Source: Macrostomum hystrix
Taxonomy: Eukaryota > Animalia > Platyhelminthes
DNA: 64,000 nt
Reading direction: 5' to 3'
NCBI GenBank assembly: GCA_950097015.1
Contig: CATNEN010000037.1
Coordinates: 2,604,001 to 2,668,000, forward strand
The position numbers were made by a program, and so were the translations under genes. Positions 13,671 to 24,120 of the stretch are shown here, in pieces; the stretch's first letter is position 1; each line of letters begins with the position of its first letter. Below the pieces are notes generated by a model, which saw only the letters and a list, made by a program, of their open reading frames with translations, was not told the origin of the DNA and ran no database searches.

Positions 13671-16310
13671 GAATCACTAGACAAAGAGGAAATACATGAT
13701 TATCATGGTTTTCATGTTGGAAACTAGCTGTGTGATTATAGTCAATTAATCCTGGACAAAAATATCTGGCAAGTTTTGGGAATCACTAGACAAACAGGAA
13801 ATACATGATTATCATGGTTTTCATGTTGGAAACTAGCTGTGTGATTATAGTCAATTAATCCTGGACAAAAATATCTGGCAAGTTTTGGGAATTAATAAAT
13901 AAATATAGTTTCAGTCTTTTTTGCACAAAGCATTAATAAATGAATGAAGCCAGCCAATATCTCTGCTCAGCGCCTAAAATGTAATAAGTTAATTAACAAG
14001 TAAACAGGTCTAAAGCTGAAGCACAGCTTTTATGGAAAGGCGAAAGAGAGTGAATGTCTTATTAAGCTAGAATCAAGCTTAGCTACTTATAAATAATGTG
14101 GGCTGAAGGACCAACATGCAGATATGCCGACAAATAAATCATGAGACATGATTTGGCTAGCTAATTAGAGACGGGGCTTACTTTCATTACCTTAGTTCCT
14201 TAGTATAAGTCTACCCTCGAAATTGATTGTTCGCTACAGCTTTTAAACTGCCACGCTTTGTGTATCAACCAATCCCTAGCAACACTGCGACAGCTAAAAA
14301 TACTTTTTGTGACTCAAGGGAATTTTCTGTAGCTGGACACAGAAATCTGCGCATAAATAGTAAAAACGCTTGATTATGCATCTGGTGGTCCCTGAGAATA
14401 TTGCATCGTCAGTTATTTGGGTCTGGTGTGTTTTTAGTTGATTATAACAAAACTAGTGAATTACTTTTCTCAAAGAATCATCTCCATTTTCTCTTAACAA
14501 CTAATGCAATACAAGCATTTAGTTAGGGCCCATCATTTTTTAGCATTGGTGGGTCGGAAAGGTTTACCAGAGCTGATATTTTGGCTATCGTCAGTTATTT
14601 GGGTCTGGTGTGTTTTTAGTTGATTATAACAAAACTAGTGAATTACTTTTCTCAAAGAATCATCTCCATTTTCTCTTAACAACTAATGCAATACAAGCAT
14701 TTAGTTAGGGCCCATCATTTTTTAGCATTGGTGGGTCGGAAAGGTTTACCAGAGCTGATATTTTGGCTATGGAATAATTTTGGCTCTGGTGGGTTTGGCT
14801 CTGGTGGGTTTTAAAGTTTACCCTACACTGCCCCTCCAGAAACAGCCAGAGGGGCGGGCAACTAATTGAAGACCATAAGTTCGCAAAATAATATACTTTC
14901 GAGGATTTTTGTTTTGAAAAGTTAAGTTCCGTATAATTGTTCTGAATTTGTAGGATGAATATGTTAAGTTGAGTATTTAGCTATTATATTCGCATTTACA
15001 TCATAATTAACAATGCTCTATCCAACAGGAACATACCTCGTATACATAAACGTTCATATACCAAAAACTAAAAAGCCCGCATTTTCAAGCACGGCAATTT
15101 TCGAAAAACTTCAGAAATTAATTGTCCGTCCTCTTGTTAGGCCTATTTCACGGGTTAGAAGTTAGTTGAAACATAAATACTAAAGTATTTTAGTATAAAA
15201 ACGAAATACTTGCCCTGGAACTGAAATGCTTGTTTTAATAGCTCTAGCTAGTTGATAATACTATACTTCTTAGCATACAACTATTTGTGTGAATTAGCTT
15301 TGGTTTGTGGTGTTAGGCAGAAAAATATTTTGTAATAAGAGTATTTTGAATATTTTTGATAATAAATAATATGTTATTAGTTAGTGATACTTGTGATAGT
15401 AATTAAACAACAGTCTGTTATAATTTTTATAGGATAAATACACATGTTCCACTTGCTTGCTAGTTTAATTTTTACAAAAAATTGTCAATGGTGTCTTTGT
15501 GAATTTGTGTTTGTCTTTGAGAGACTTTTTGCCAAACTGGGAGAACTTACAAAATCTAAAGGCAGTAAATGTTTTTCTCATTTCTATCTTTTTAAAATTG
15601 AAAGCTCAGTAAAATAGAAATGTTTTAATAGGCTATTGTAGGGTTTTAATAAAGTTTAATAAAGTTTTAATAAAAAATTCTGTGCCACCCAGAAAAGGAT
15701 GTTCCCAAAGGTGTTGCGCAGGTGTGCGCACTATTGTGCCGTCTGAGCATACTACTAGGCCTATGACATCTGAGTAAGATGCAATTGACTCATAGACACT
15801 GTCAGTCATCTGTTCATTGGTTGTTAGTCACATTGTTTCTTGGTTTGTATACAAAACTCGTTAAATTTTGGGAAATCAGTTCTAGAACTATATAGGGGCC
15901 TACATTAAATTTCAAGAAAAAATGTAAGTAAAACTTAGCAGTAGAATTTATACAAGCATAATTGTGTAAAATAATATTAAACCTTTTGTCCTATTAACTA
16001 GTTTGCTGAGATTATACATATCAGTTTATTGGTATTGCTCTAGCTATTGCTATTTGTCTACTTTTGCTAGCTTGTTGAATGTATTCATTCAGATGTAGAT
16101 TCTACATGATGTAGTAATTATATATAATAATATAATTTTCCATTTCCTTTACTAGATCTATTAAAAATGGAGATTCACGATAAAAGTTCAATGCAAAGTT
16201 TTTTGTTTATCTAGGCATAAATCAATCTTTTTTGGTAGGATTTTATTCCTTATGTTCCTAAATCTAGCAAGCATCATAACATGCCTATTCACTCCAGCTA
16301 TCTCCAAGTC

Positions 16311-16646
16311 ATGCCATCAGCTTTTCTATCTCTACCCTTAGTTCTTCGCCTGGCCAATCAGCGGCCAGTAATAGTTGCCATGCGGCCTGCACTACAGCTG
16401 TGCACCGCTTCAAAGGCCAAGCCACCAGCCACTGATAAAAAGACGCGTCAGTTGCCACCAGCCACTCAGCAGCATCTGGACAAGTTTCTCTCTAGTGTTG
16501 GCTCACTAGATAAGTCCACCAGCCGTTCTGGTGCCTACAAAAACCTGGAATATTTCGTATTTGATGATGTGTCCTTCTACGATTACGAGATGGCAATGGA
16601 GAGCAAGCGACTGCCACAGCCAAAGAGCAAGCTCACTGCTTTCTGA
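16311..16646 (+). CDS. NDUFV3: NADH dehydrogenase flavoprotein 3 (complex I 10-kDa subunit) with a mitochondrial presequence
   Basis: C-terminal YKNLEYFVFDDVSFYDYEMAMESKRLPQP matches the NDUFV3 family motif (Y.N......SFYD.E..M...RLPQP). The N-terminus is basic and acid-free. Start is at 16311 or 16281. Confidence 0.8.
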   Translation: MPSAFLSLPLVLRLANQRPVIVAMRPALQLCTASKAKPPATDKKTRQLPPATQQHLDKFLSSVGSLDKSTSRSGAYKNLEYFVFDDVSFYDYEMAMESKRLPQPKSKLTAF

Positions 16647-16920
16647 TCACTAGGTGGATATGAACATGTTTGAGACAAAGCATTGCGTACTAATGGTAGC
16701 GAAAGTATAAACTTATTGCCCATGTATTTTATTCTTAGCTAAAAACGTCTTTTTAGTTTCTTTCAGAATGGTGTTGTAATCCAACAGTCCATAAAATAAA
16801 TTATAAACAAGCTAGTATATGTGTAGCCTAGACTACTGCAAGTAGAAATTTATACATTTTCCGGATTTTTTTTCTATTTAGCAGCTGGCAACTACTTCAG
16901 CTTCTTGAGCGTGAAGTGGG

Positions 16921-17071
16921 TTGAAGCCTAGTGGTAAGAGCGTCGGACTCACAACTTGAAGATCAGGGGTTCGATTCCCGGCTTCACGGGGTAATTGAGG
17001 GTGGGAGTTGCGTGTCCCCAGTCCATGAACTGAACGCGGCTGTGTGTCGGCTGCACATCTAGTCCTATTGT
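16921..17071 (+). mobile_element. tRNA-derived SINE family A (internally deleted copy)
   Basis: A box TAGTGGTAAGAGCG, B box GGTTCGATTCCC, then body CCCCAGTCCATGAACTGAAC...GTCGGCTGCACATCT shared with 21.9-22.2 and 28.0-28.2 kb. Confidence 0.8.
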
Positions 17072-17483
17072 TGCAGGTGTAGCATAATATTCTTCTTATT
17101 GTTATTCAGCCTTAACAATATAACAGATTGAATGAGAGAATACTATCACATGTGTTGCATTTCTTATTTAGAAATTATTTTTATAAAGCAACCCGATGAA
17201 AACATTAAGACCTGCAGTAGATTTCTTTAAAAAAATATTCTTATTAACGACTTAAACGCTTGATAAACGATCCGTCAGCCTCTCTAGTGCCACTGTAAGC
17301 TACTCTTAACGTTTCTTTTACTCTTCAAAAACGACCTTAGACGCCAAAATAGTTTCTATCAGGCAAGGATTTTATTGATCTGTCACAGTTTATTTAACCA
17401 TATTACACCGTGCATCGAAAAAAAGTAGTTTTTTTTATTAATTTTTTTTCGTTGCCTTAAAATTTTACTTGGATGTGAAGCTG

Positions 17484-20400
17484 TCATTCTTCCCTACCGT
17501 CGCCTTTGTCATCTTCGCCACTCGAGTCCTCATCACCGCCACCGCCAGCGCCTCCCTGAAGGCGCCGCATCTCCAGACGGGCGATGCGCCGCTTCAGGCG
17601 ACCCTGCGTTGCGTCAAACTCGGACTGGGTGCGCGAGAACAGCACCTGAAAGGACTCCAGGTCTTCTTCCAGGCGTTGCGACTTCTGCTCCATTGTCTCC
17701 TGAGCGCGAAGCGCCTTGGCCAGCACTGCCTCGTCAATGAGGTTATCCTTGCGCAGCACCTGCTGGCCCTTCTCTAACAGCTTGACCTTGGCGTCCGGGT
17801 ATTCGGTCAGAGCATCCCACAGGTCGGTCTTGCTCAGGCAGAACAGGTCCGAGTAGCCATCGCTGCGCACGTTTGCAGTGCGACGGTTGCCAGTCTTGTT
17901 TCCCGGTATGTTTAGAATGGAGACCTCACCGAAGACGCTGCCCTCGCCGAGTGTCACAAAGACGGTCTTGCCGTCTGGCGATACCACGCTGAGCTTGCCG
18001 CGCTTCACAATGTACATCTCCTTGCCGATGTCGCCCTTGCGACAGATATAGTCGCCTGGTGAGAACACCTGCAGCTTGAGCTTGAGAACTAGCTCGACTA
18101 GCAGGCCTGGTTCGCAGTCCTGGAAGATGGCCACCCGTTTCAGCGTGTCGAAGTGCACATGGATGGCCACTTCAGCTTTGAGTTTGTCCGGCAGGGTGCC
18201 AAGTATATTTTCTTCGTCCAGCGACTGTTTGTTCTCCCACAGATAGTCAAACCAGCGTAGAACGCGGTGCTCGAGAGCCTTGCCGACTTTCCGAAATTCC
18301 ATGTAGCGCTTAGCCTGCAGCGAAAGGGGTCTCGTTTAAATACTTAAATACCCAGTTGTCTCTGCTTTGTTTCTCCATATTTTCTTAATTTTTTATAGTA
18401 AAAATAGAAAATTCTTGATGATCGCTTCGTCCGAGCTCACCCCGTCCATGCGCTGCTGAAACTCTGTACTTGCCGCGCTAATGTTAGACACCATGGAGCC
18501 GACGCTGCCGATGATGATAGCAAAAATTAGGATGCCGACTAGCAGAACGATGGTCTCAAAAATGTACTCGAACAGAGTCACTGGTCTAGGGATCTCGGCC
18601 ACAGCGGTCAGTGTCAGAGCGGACCAGTAGAACGAGTAGAGATACTTGGCATAGAGCTGTTGCATCTCCGTAGTTAAGTTAAACTGATCAGTATTGTCAA
18701 TCAGTAAGCCGTCCGGTCGCATCGGATAAGTCCAAGAGTCGCTACCCAAGCCGATCACCAGGCTGAAGGCAAAGTAAATGCACGCGTTCCAGTGAAAGAT
18801 TACCAAGATGTACATCATGAGGTTTAAGGCCCGGAACAGGTTCGGAAAGTTGGTGCGGGCCTCGGTGCGGTCGAAAAACTCTAGGAATTTGCCGAACTTC
18901 AACAGACGATTGGCTCGAACATAGGTGCCGTTTGTTGAAATCTGTGGCACCAGGTAGAGCAGGTCGGTGGGGAGAATCGATAGTACGTCCATTTTGAAGC
19001 GCACAGTGCGCCTATAGAAGCGGCGCAGCCTGCTCAGATCAGTGATCATCAGGCCTTGGTCCAGGACGCCTTGTGTGGAGTTGCAGAAATCAATCGACTA
19101 ATCAAATTCGTCATGCTTACAACTAGATGAAAGCATGCTCGCCAGAATTAAATTATTGGTGTGCGCAGTAGCTCTATCACGATACAATTTTGAGTTCCGC
19201 CACTTTCTGTTAAATATAAAATGTAATTCTTGAGAATTACCTGTCCGCGAGCTCAAGAACATGTCCACCAGGTTTACTAGGTCTGTCAAATAGTCGAACA
19301 GCAGCCAGACCCACAGGGTCTCCTGTAGCTGGGTGAACACAGATCTGGCTATGATGAACACCAGATTGTAGGAGAAGGCTGCGGACACTACGGCCAGCCA
19401 GTTATAATAGAAAGTCTGCGACGTGTCGACCACGAATTTGTAGGCGAAGCTTTCAGAAGGTGGAGGGATGAGCGTTGGCAAAGTCTTTGTGTTCAGTGCG
19501 ACATTATTGCTGTCATGTGCAGCCAGCGAGGAGGCATTCTGCCCATGACGCTGACTCCTGGGAACACACGCATACAGATACCGTATGCAGGTACAAACCC
19601 GTACAGGTTGTACATCTGCCCTGATTTTCTCATCGTGTACACTTTAACTGCGCCTTGGAGGTTGGCCCTAAAGGTCGCAAATTTCACGATGGGGGCTACG
19701 ACCAGCCCTAGCCTTCTCTCCGCGGCTGCGCCTCAAAAAATGTGCCCCCCGCGGAATCGAGCTCATGGACCTTGGTGCGAGAGGCAAACGCGTTAGTCCG
19801 CTCTACCACTCACTCACCCCCCTGAGAAAGTGGCAAGTAGTCATATCACTCACTGCCTCAGCCAGCCAGCTAATCGTTGTCCGAATGGCGTCCTAATTCT
19901 CGCCATTCCGCTTTCACCGCCGCCGATGCCTCCACCAGAATCGGCCGCTGCAGACGTTGCAGGCGTCATCTCGTGGTCGCCCATGTGAAGCTTTTGAAAG
20001 AAAGAACTTCGTCGTCGAAATCGGCTGCCCTCTTCAGCCTCGATCTCCGCCTGTTGCTGGCCTCTCTGCCGAGTGCTGCCCGACCGAGACAGCCACCTAG
20101 TCAGGAGCTGCAATTATAGGCGCGGCACTTCAGCTATGCGTTTGGGAAGGAAAGTCGATTTCTTAGGTGCGGACTACTAGTTATTGGCTAGCGGGGAACA
20201 AAGGAGGAAGAGAATGGGACCAGCATCATTCGCCTCTGTTCTCTTTCAATGCTAATTAGCCTTAGCCAATGTGACACCCTGAGTGCAGCAGCTCAACATT
20301 GTTAGTTTACTCGTACGTGACACAGGCCGTGTGAAATTTTAATTATGTCCTAACTCTAAATGTCCTAACTTTGCTAGTGTCCTAACTCGTTCTAATCATC

Positions 20401-21304
20401 AACATGTTACATTATTTTAGCTCGTAGAAGCCTAAAACAGTCACCAGCTCTTTGAAGCAACGAATGCGTGCATGCACGACAGAACTGACATCAGCCGTAT
20501 AGTTCGATTCTCTGTCCCTGTCTCACCTATTCCTTTTCCCGCTATCCTTCTTTGTTGCCATGCCAACGAATCCACGGGTAACAGAAGCAGGAAGAAGACA
20601 GAGGCAAAGAGAGGGAGAGAAGTCTTGCTAATGAGACTGCAATCCAGTTCGCACTGTCTGAGCAGTTTAGAGGCGAGTGCAGCCCAGACTCGGAGACACA
20701 GGCAAGGTCCCAAGCCGAACCTGTGCGGAACACCGAGCAGAGAATATTCGATCGATATTCTAGCGCACGGGTTTTGCCAGTCGAGGGATGAAAGGAAAAG
20801 GGATCGGGAGTGTGTGAGGGAGAAATTTCTAGAGGAAGCTTCAACCATAGCCTGCTTGTCTCAAGGCATCGAGCTTTCAAAACCAAAAGAGAAAGTTGTA
20901 ATAATAGCATTTATGCACCACAATGCATAGCCAATGATTTTGATGCAAAAGAGAATAATTCCAAATCCTTATTCGAGGCGCACAAGCTACTGTGGGTTTT
21001 CGTTTCCATATGCTACTGCTAGAATGGTGGTAAAAGTAGTGCGTTTCGCAATTACGTCTAGTTTCTGATTGATAAGAATTTCAAACAACTTATCGAGCGT
21101 CAATATATTTCCACCGATTAACAAAAAATGAATTCTGTACAATATGCCAAGCACATTCCTCAGAATTTTCTTGCAACTCACGCTGACTCCATTCGAAATC
21201 CGTTCAAGGGCACTAGGGGCGCTGTTCTCATTGTTGTCTGGTGGCGCTAGTCGTTCTCGACTTGTTCCAACCGTAGCAGCGGCGCTCGCGGTAGCCACCG
21301 ACAT
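17484..21304 (-). CDS. Cyclic-nucleotide-gated channel alpha subunit (CNGA/TAX-4-like), 5 exons, ~717 aa
   Basis: Exons 21304-21182, 20107-19854, 19557-19241, 19069-18441 and 18314-17484 join in frame with GT-AG sites (2154 nt). YYNWL S1, RANRLLK S4, C-linker [21 protein letters not shown]...RRTANVRS. Exon 1 is the least certain. Confidence 0.92.
19547..19825 (-). mobile_element. tRNA-derived SINE family B filling CNG intron 2
   Basis: tRNA-like head (TGGTAGAGCG ... GAGCTCGATTCCGC) and body GCGGAGAGAAGGCT...GTGTGTTCCCAGGAGTCAGCGT homologous to the + strand copy at 48445-48690. Confidence 0.8.
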
Positions 21305-21691
21305 TTCAGTGCATCTGCTATTACCTACTGAGGCTGGGTTTCATCTTATCTAACTTATTTAAGTCCCAACCAAGGGGGTGGGAGGCAGCGCCGCTGAATG
21401 GGATTCCTGACGAGCAGAAATATCCCTTCTTTCCTGTGCTCTTTCTTCCCAGCTGTCGTGTTTTCTCACGAGCGTCTCACGAGTGTCTCAGTCCACGAGA
21501 CCGGGCTGAATTCGGAGGCTAAATCGGATTGGATGGTGCGATCTTATAGTACAAAAAATCTGCACGGAAGAACATATAGTCAAGCTTTGCTAGTGGTTAA
21601 GCTTACGAATTCTTACCGTTATGATTGTAGGTCGATTGCACTAATAGTCTAATAGACTACACAGAAATAATTTAGACCTTAATTTCTTTAA

Positions 21692-22575
21692 CAGTATGAC
21701 TACCAAGCCATTTCCCCGCCCGTTTTTATACCAAGTGCGGATTCCCCCCCTGAAATTTTTTCGGCAGCGCCTGAATGCTAACAGCGTTGGGTAGTAACTG
21801 ATTAGTTGACAGACTAGATATTGTCAATCAACAGGGTGTCCATAGTGGCCAGTTTCCACCTGTTGTGGATTATTATTATCAATTATCAATTATTATCAAT
21901 TAATAATATTTGATTACACCTGCCCTAATCGGGTCAGATGTGCAGCCGACAGCACAGCCGCAGCTATTGCGCGGCGCATCTGAAGGCTGCGTACGGCTGT
22001 TCAGTCCATGGACTGGGGGGACGCCACACCCACCTTCAATTATCCCAGCTAATGCTGGTACTCATTTAACAGCTGGGTGAATTGAAACAATGCAGAGTTA
22101 AGTGTCTTGCTAAATGACACAAATTGTTTAAGTGGAGACGGGAATCGAACCCATGACCTTCAAGTCGTGAGTCCGACGCCCTAACCACTAGGCTACAACC
22201 TCTACTGTAGCCCTTGAAGGTGCAGCAAATCCGTCTAGATAAAGGTAAGGTGACCACCGAACTCGGATATGATTTAGGCACATTCGAGTGACATGCAAAA
22301 AAAATTTGAAGGCCTGGCAAGGCCGCACTGAGGTGCAGTGCCAATTCGTGTATAGGGGTGCATGATTAACACCTAAGCGCTTATCGAAAAAAACGGAATT
22401 TCGGCCAGAAGCATTGAATATCTCGACGGTCTGAAGAGTTGGCGACTTAATTCTTGCTTCAGAAGATGCGCAAAAAAGTTGGCCCGTGTTCTTGAGTTTC
22501 GTGGGCTTGCGTTGTTCCGTTCTGGTTCGGCACAAAAAATGTCAAGGGGGAAAATCCCCCCTGGTAGTTCTACTG
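21692..22575. mobile_element. Non-autonomous TIR element (MITE) flanked by TTAA, with a nested SINE
   Basis: TTAA|CAGTATGACTACCAAG ... CTGGTAGTTCTACTG|TTAA; the internal sequence aligns with the copy at 50020-50627. Confidence 0.85.
21922..22200 (-). mobile_element. tRNA-derived SINE family A (near full length, CORE-like central segment)
   Basis: The reverse complement reads GTAGCCTAGTGGTTAGGGCG...GGTTCGATTCCC, then TGTGTCATTTAGCAAGACACTTAACTC (resembles the CORE-SINE domain), then CAGTCCATGGACTG. It is absent from the 50-kb MITE copy, so it inserted later. Confidence 0.85.
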
Positions 22576-24120
22576 TTAATAACCCAACGGTCTATCGATG
22601 TGTGTACGAGTATTCTAACGCTGAGTTAGCCGTCTGTAACTCTTGGATTAGTCAAATTTCTCTTAACTGTGTTTCTGTTTTGAATTATGCTAAACATTCG
22701 ACGACGTTACAATGTCGTTACATTAATTTTTTATTAATTCTGCCACGAAGACGAGAAGTTTAGCAAATCTTTAAAACATTTTGCAACCGCGACCAAGACT
22801 AATAATTACTCGTATTAATTGAACCCATAAAAAATGCTTTCTTCTTCAAGTCTAATTGAAGGGCATGGGTAATATTTTCGGCTTCAAAAGCTGTCGGCAT
22901 TGTTCTGCCTGGCATGGCAGACTGGGTAGTACGGAAGCCGCTTTTAACTCAAAGGAGGCGGGTCATTGTGTTTACTGACACTGATACGAAAGGCGAGCAG
23001 TAACACTTTCACTAAGGTAGGTGGGCTAATTGTCAGAGCAAACAATTAGGCGGCGACGCTCTGCCTCTAGAGTTCAGCCTCTAAATGGTTATCAGTTTCC
23101 ATGCAGTTGCCGTCAAGTTTACGGCCCCAGGACTCGTGGGAACCGGTCCGAGCAGCTCGGCTCCGCCTCCATTTGCATCGGGCGTGGGAACAATGCCCCC
23201 ACTCGAGATTGAGCACCGCGTGGCAACGATCGAGCGGACTCGGTGTCGGTGCCAGTGGCTTTCAGAATAATTTTCAGCATAGTCAACGAACATAAATTTA
23301 TGTAGAGCGAGACAGAGAGGGACGTACGTAATATATTTTTGACACGTTTGCCGATTTGTGTTGCACATTAATGTACCTCGGTAAATTTCGAGGAGTTCAA
23401 ACTAACGAGTTTCAAACCTCTTATAGATTTATTGTGACCCAAATTGTGATTCGAAAGCCAACTGCTAATGCATCCCAAATATTTGCTGATGAAAATTCGA
23501 AATTCCATATTCAAAATATAAATTCAAAATTTGATATCAAACGATAAATAGGAAAATTACACTCTACACAGATGACGAGAAAAGAAAAGCATTTGAAAAC
23601 GAGGTAAATTTATGCGAAAGCTGCAGAACAAACTAAATTTGAAATACTTTACTTATGTTTGGTACACTTGTTTGTATATGATCAGAATCGTAACTCGTAT
23701 GAGCGAAGCTTAAAATAACATTTTTATGATTGAACTACTTACTATACGTGATTAAATTTTGAACAGGTATGTAACCCTCTATGTATGTAACAATAGAGGG
23801 TTAACTGATGTAAGCGGTCAATATGTGAGTGTGTGAATATCATAAAATCGAAGCTCGTTTCCAATTAAGTGCCAAAAGCCAAACGAAAGTTATATCGTAA
23901 TAAAATGTAGAATTAACTTACTGAAATTCTTAAGAGTATGGCAAAACGCTACAAATAGATGTTAAGAAGAAGGGTACAATTTAATTTAAACTGCGTGCGC
24001 ATAGATATAAATCGATAGTTAAGTAATATTAAAGATGTTTAAATTGTCCATGCTATTGTTTGCCTTTTCCGATTAGATGTCTTAGCTCATTGTCCAGAAC
24101 TCCGGAGTCAAAGTTCCAGT

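Larger units (their letters stand above)
11273..14822. mobile_element. 3.55-kb foldback-type DNA transposon with very long TIRs, GGTAAAC termini and an 8-bp TSD (Merlin-like ends)
   Basis: Left arm 11273-~12790 is the reverse complement of right arm ~13670-14822. TSD CTACACTG at 11265-11272 and 14823-14830. The right arm carries a ~182-bp tandem duplication (14405-14768). Confidence 0.93.

Noticed and set aside
22130-22200. tRNA gene (CAC at the anticodon position); similar at 16925-16985 and 19745-19825
   Set aside because: The anticodon and acceptor stems pair poorly and each is fused to a shared repeat body, so these are SINE heads.
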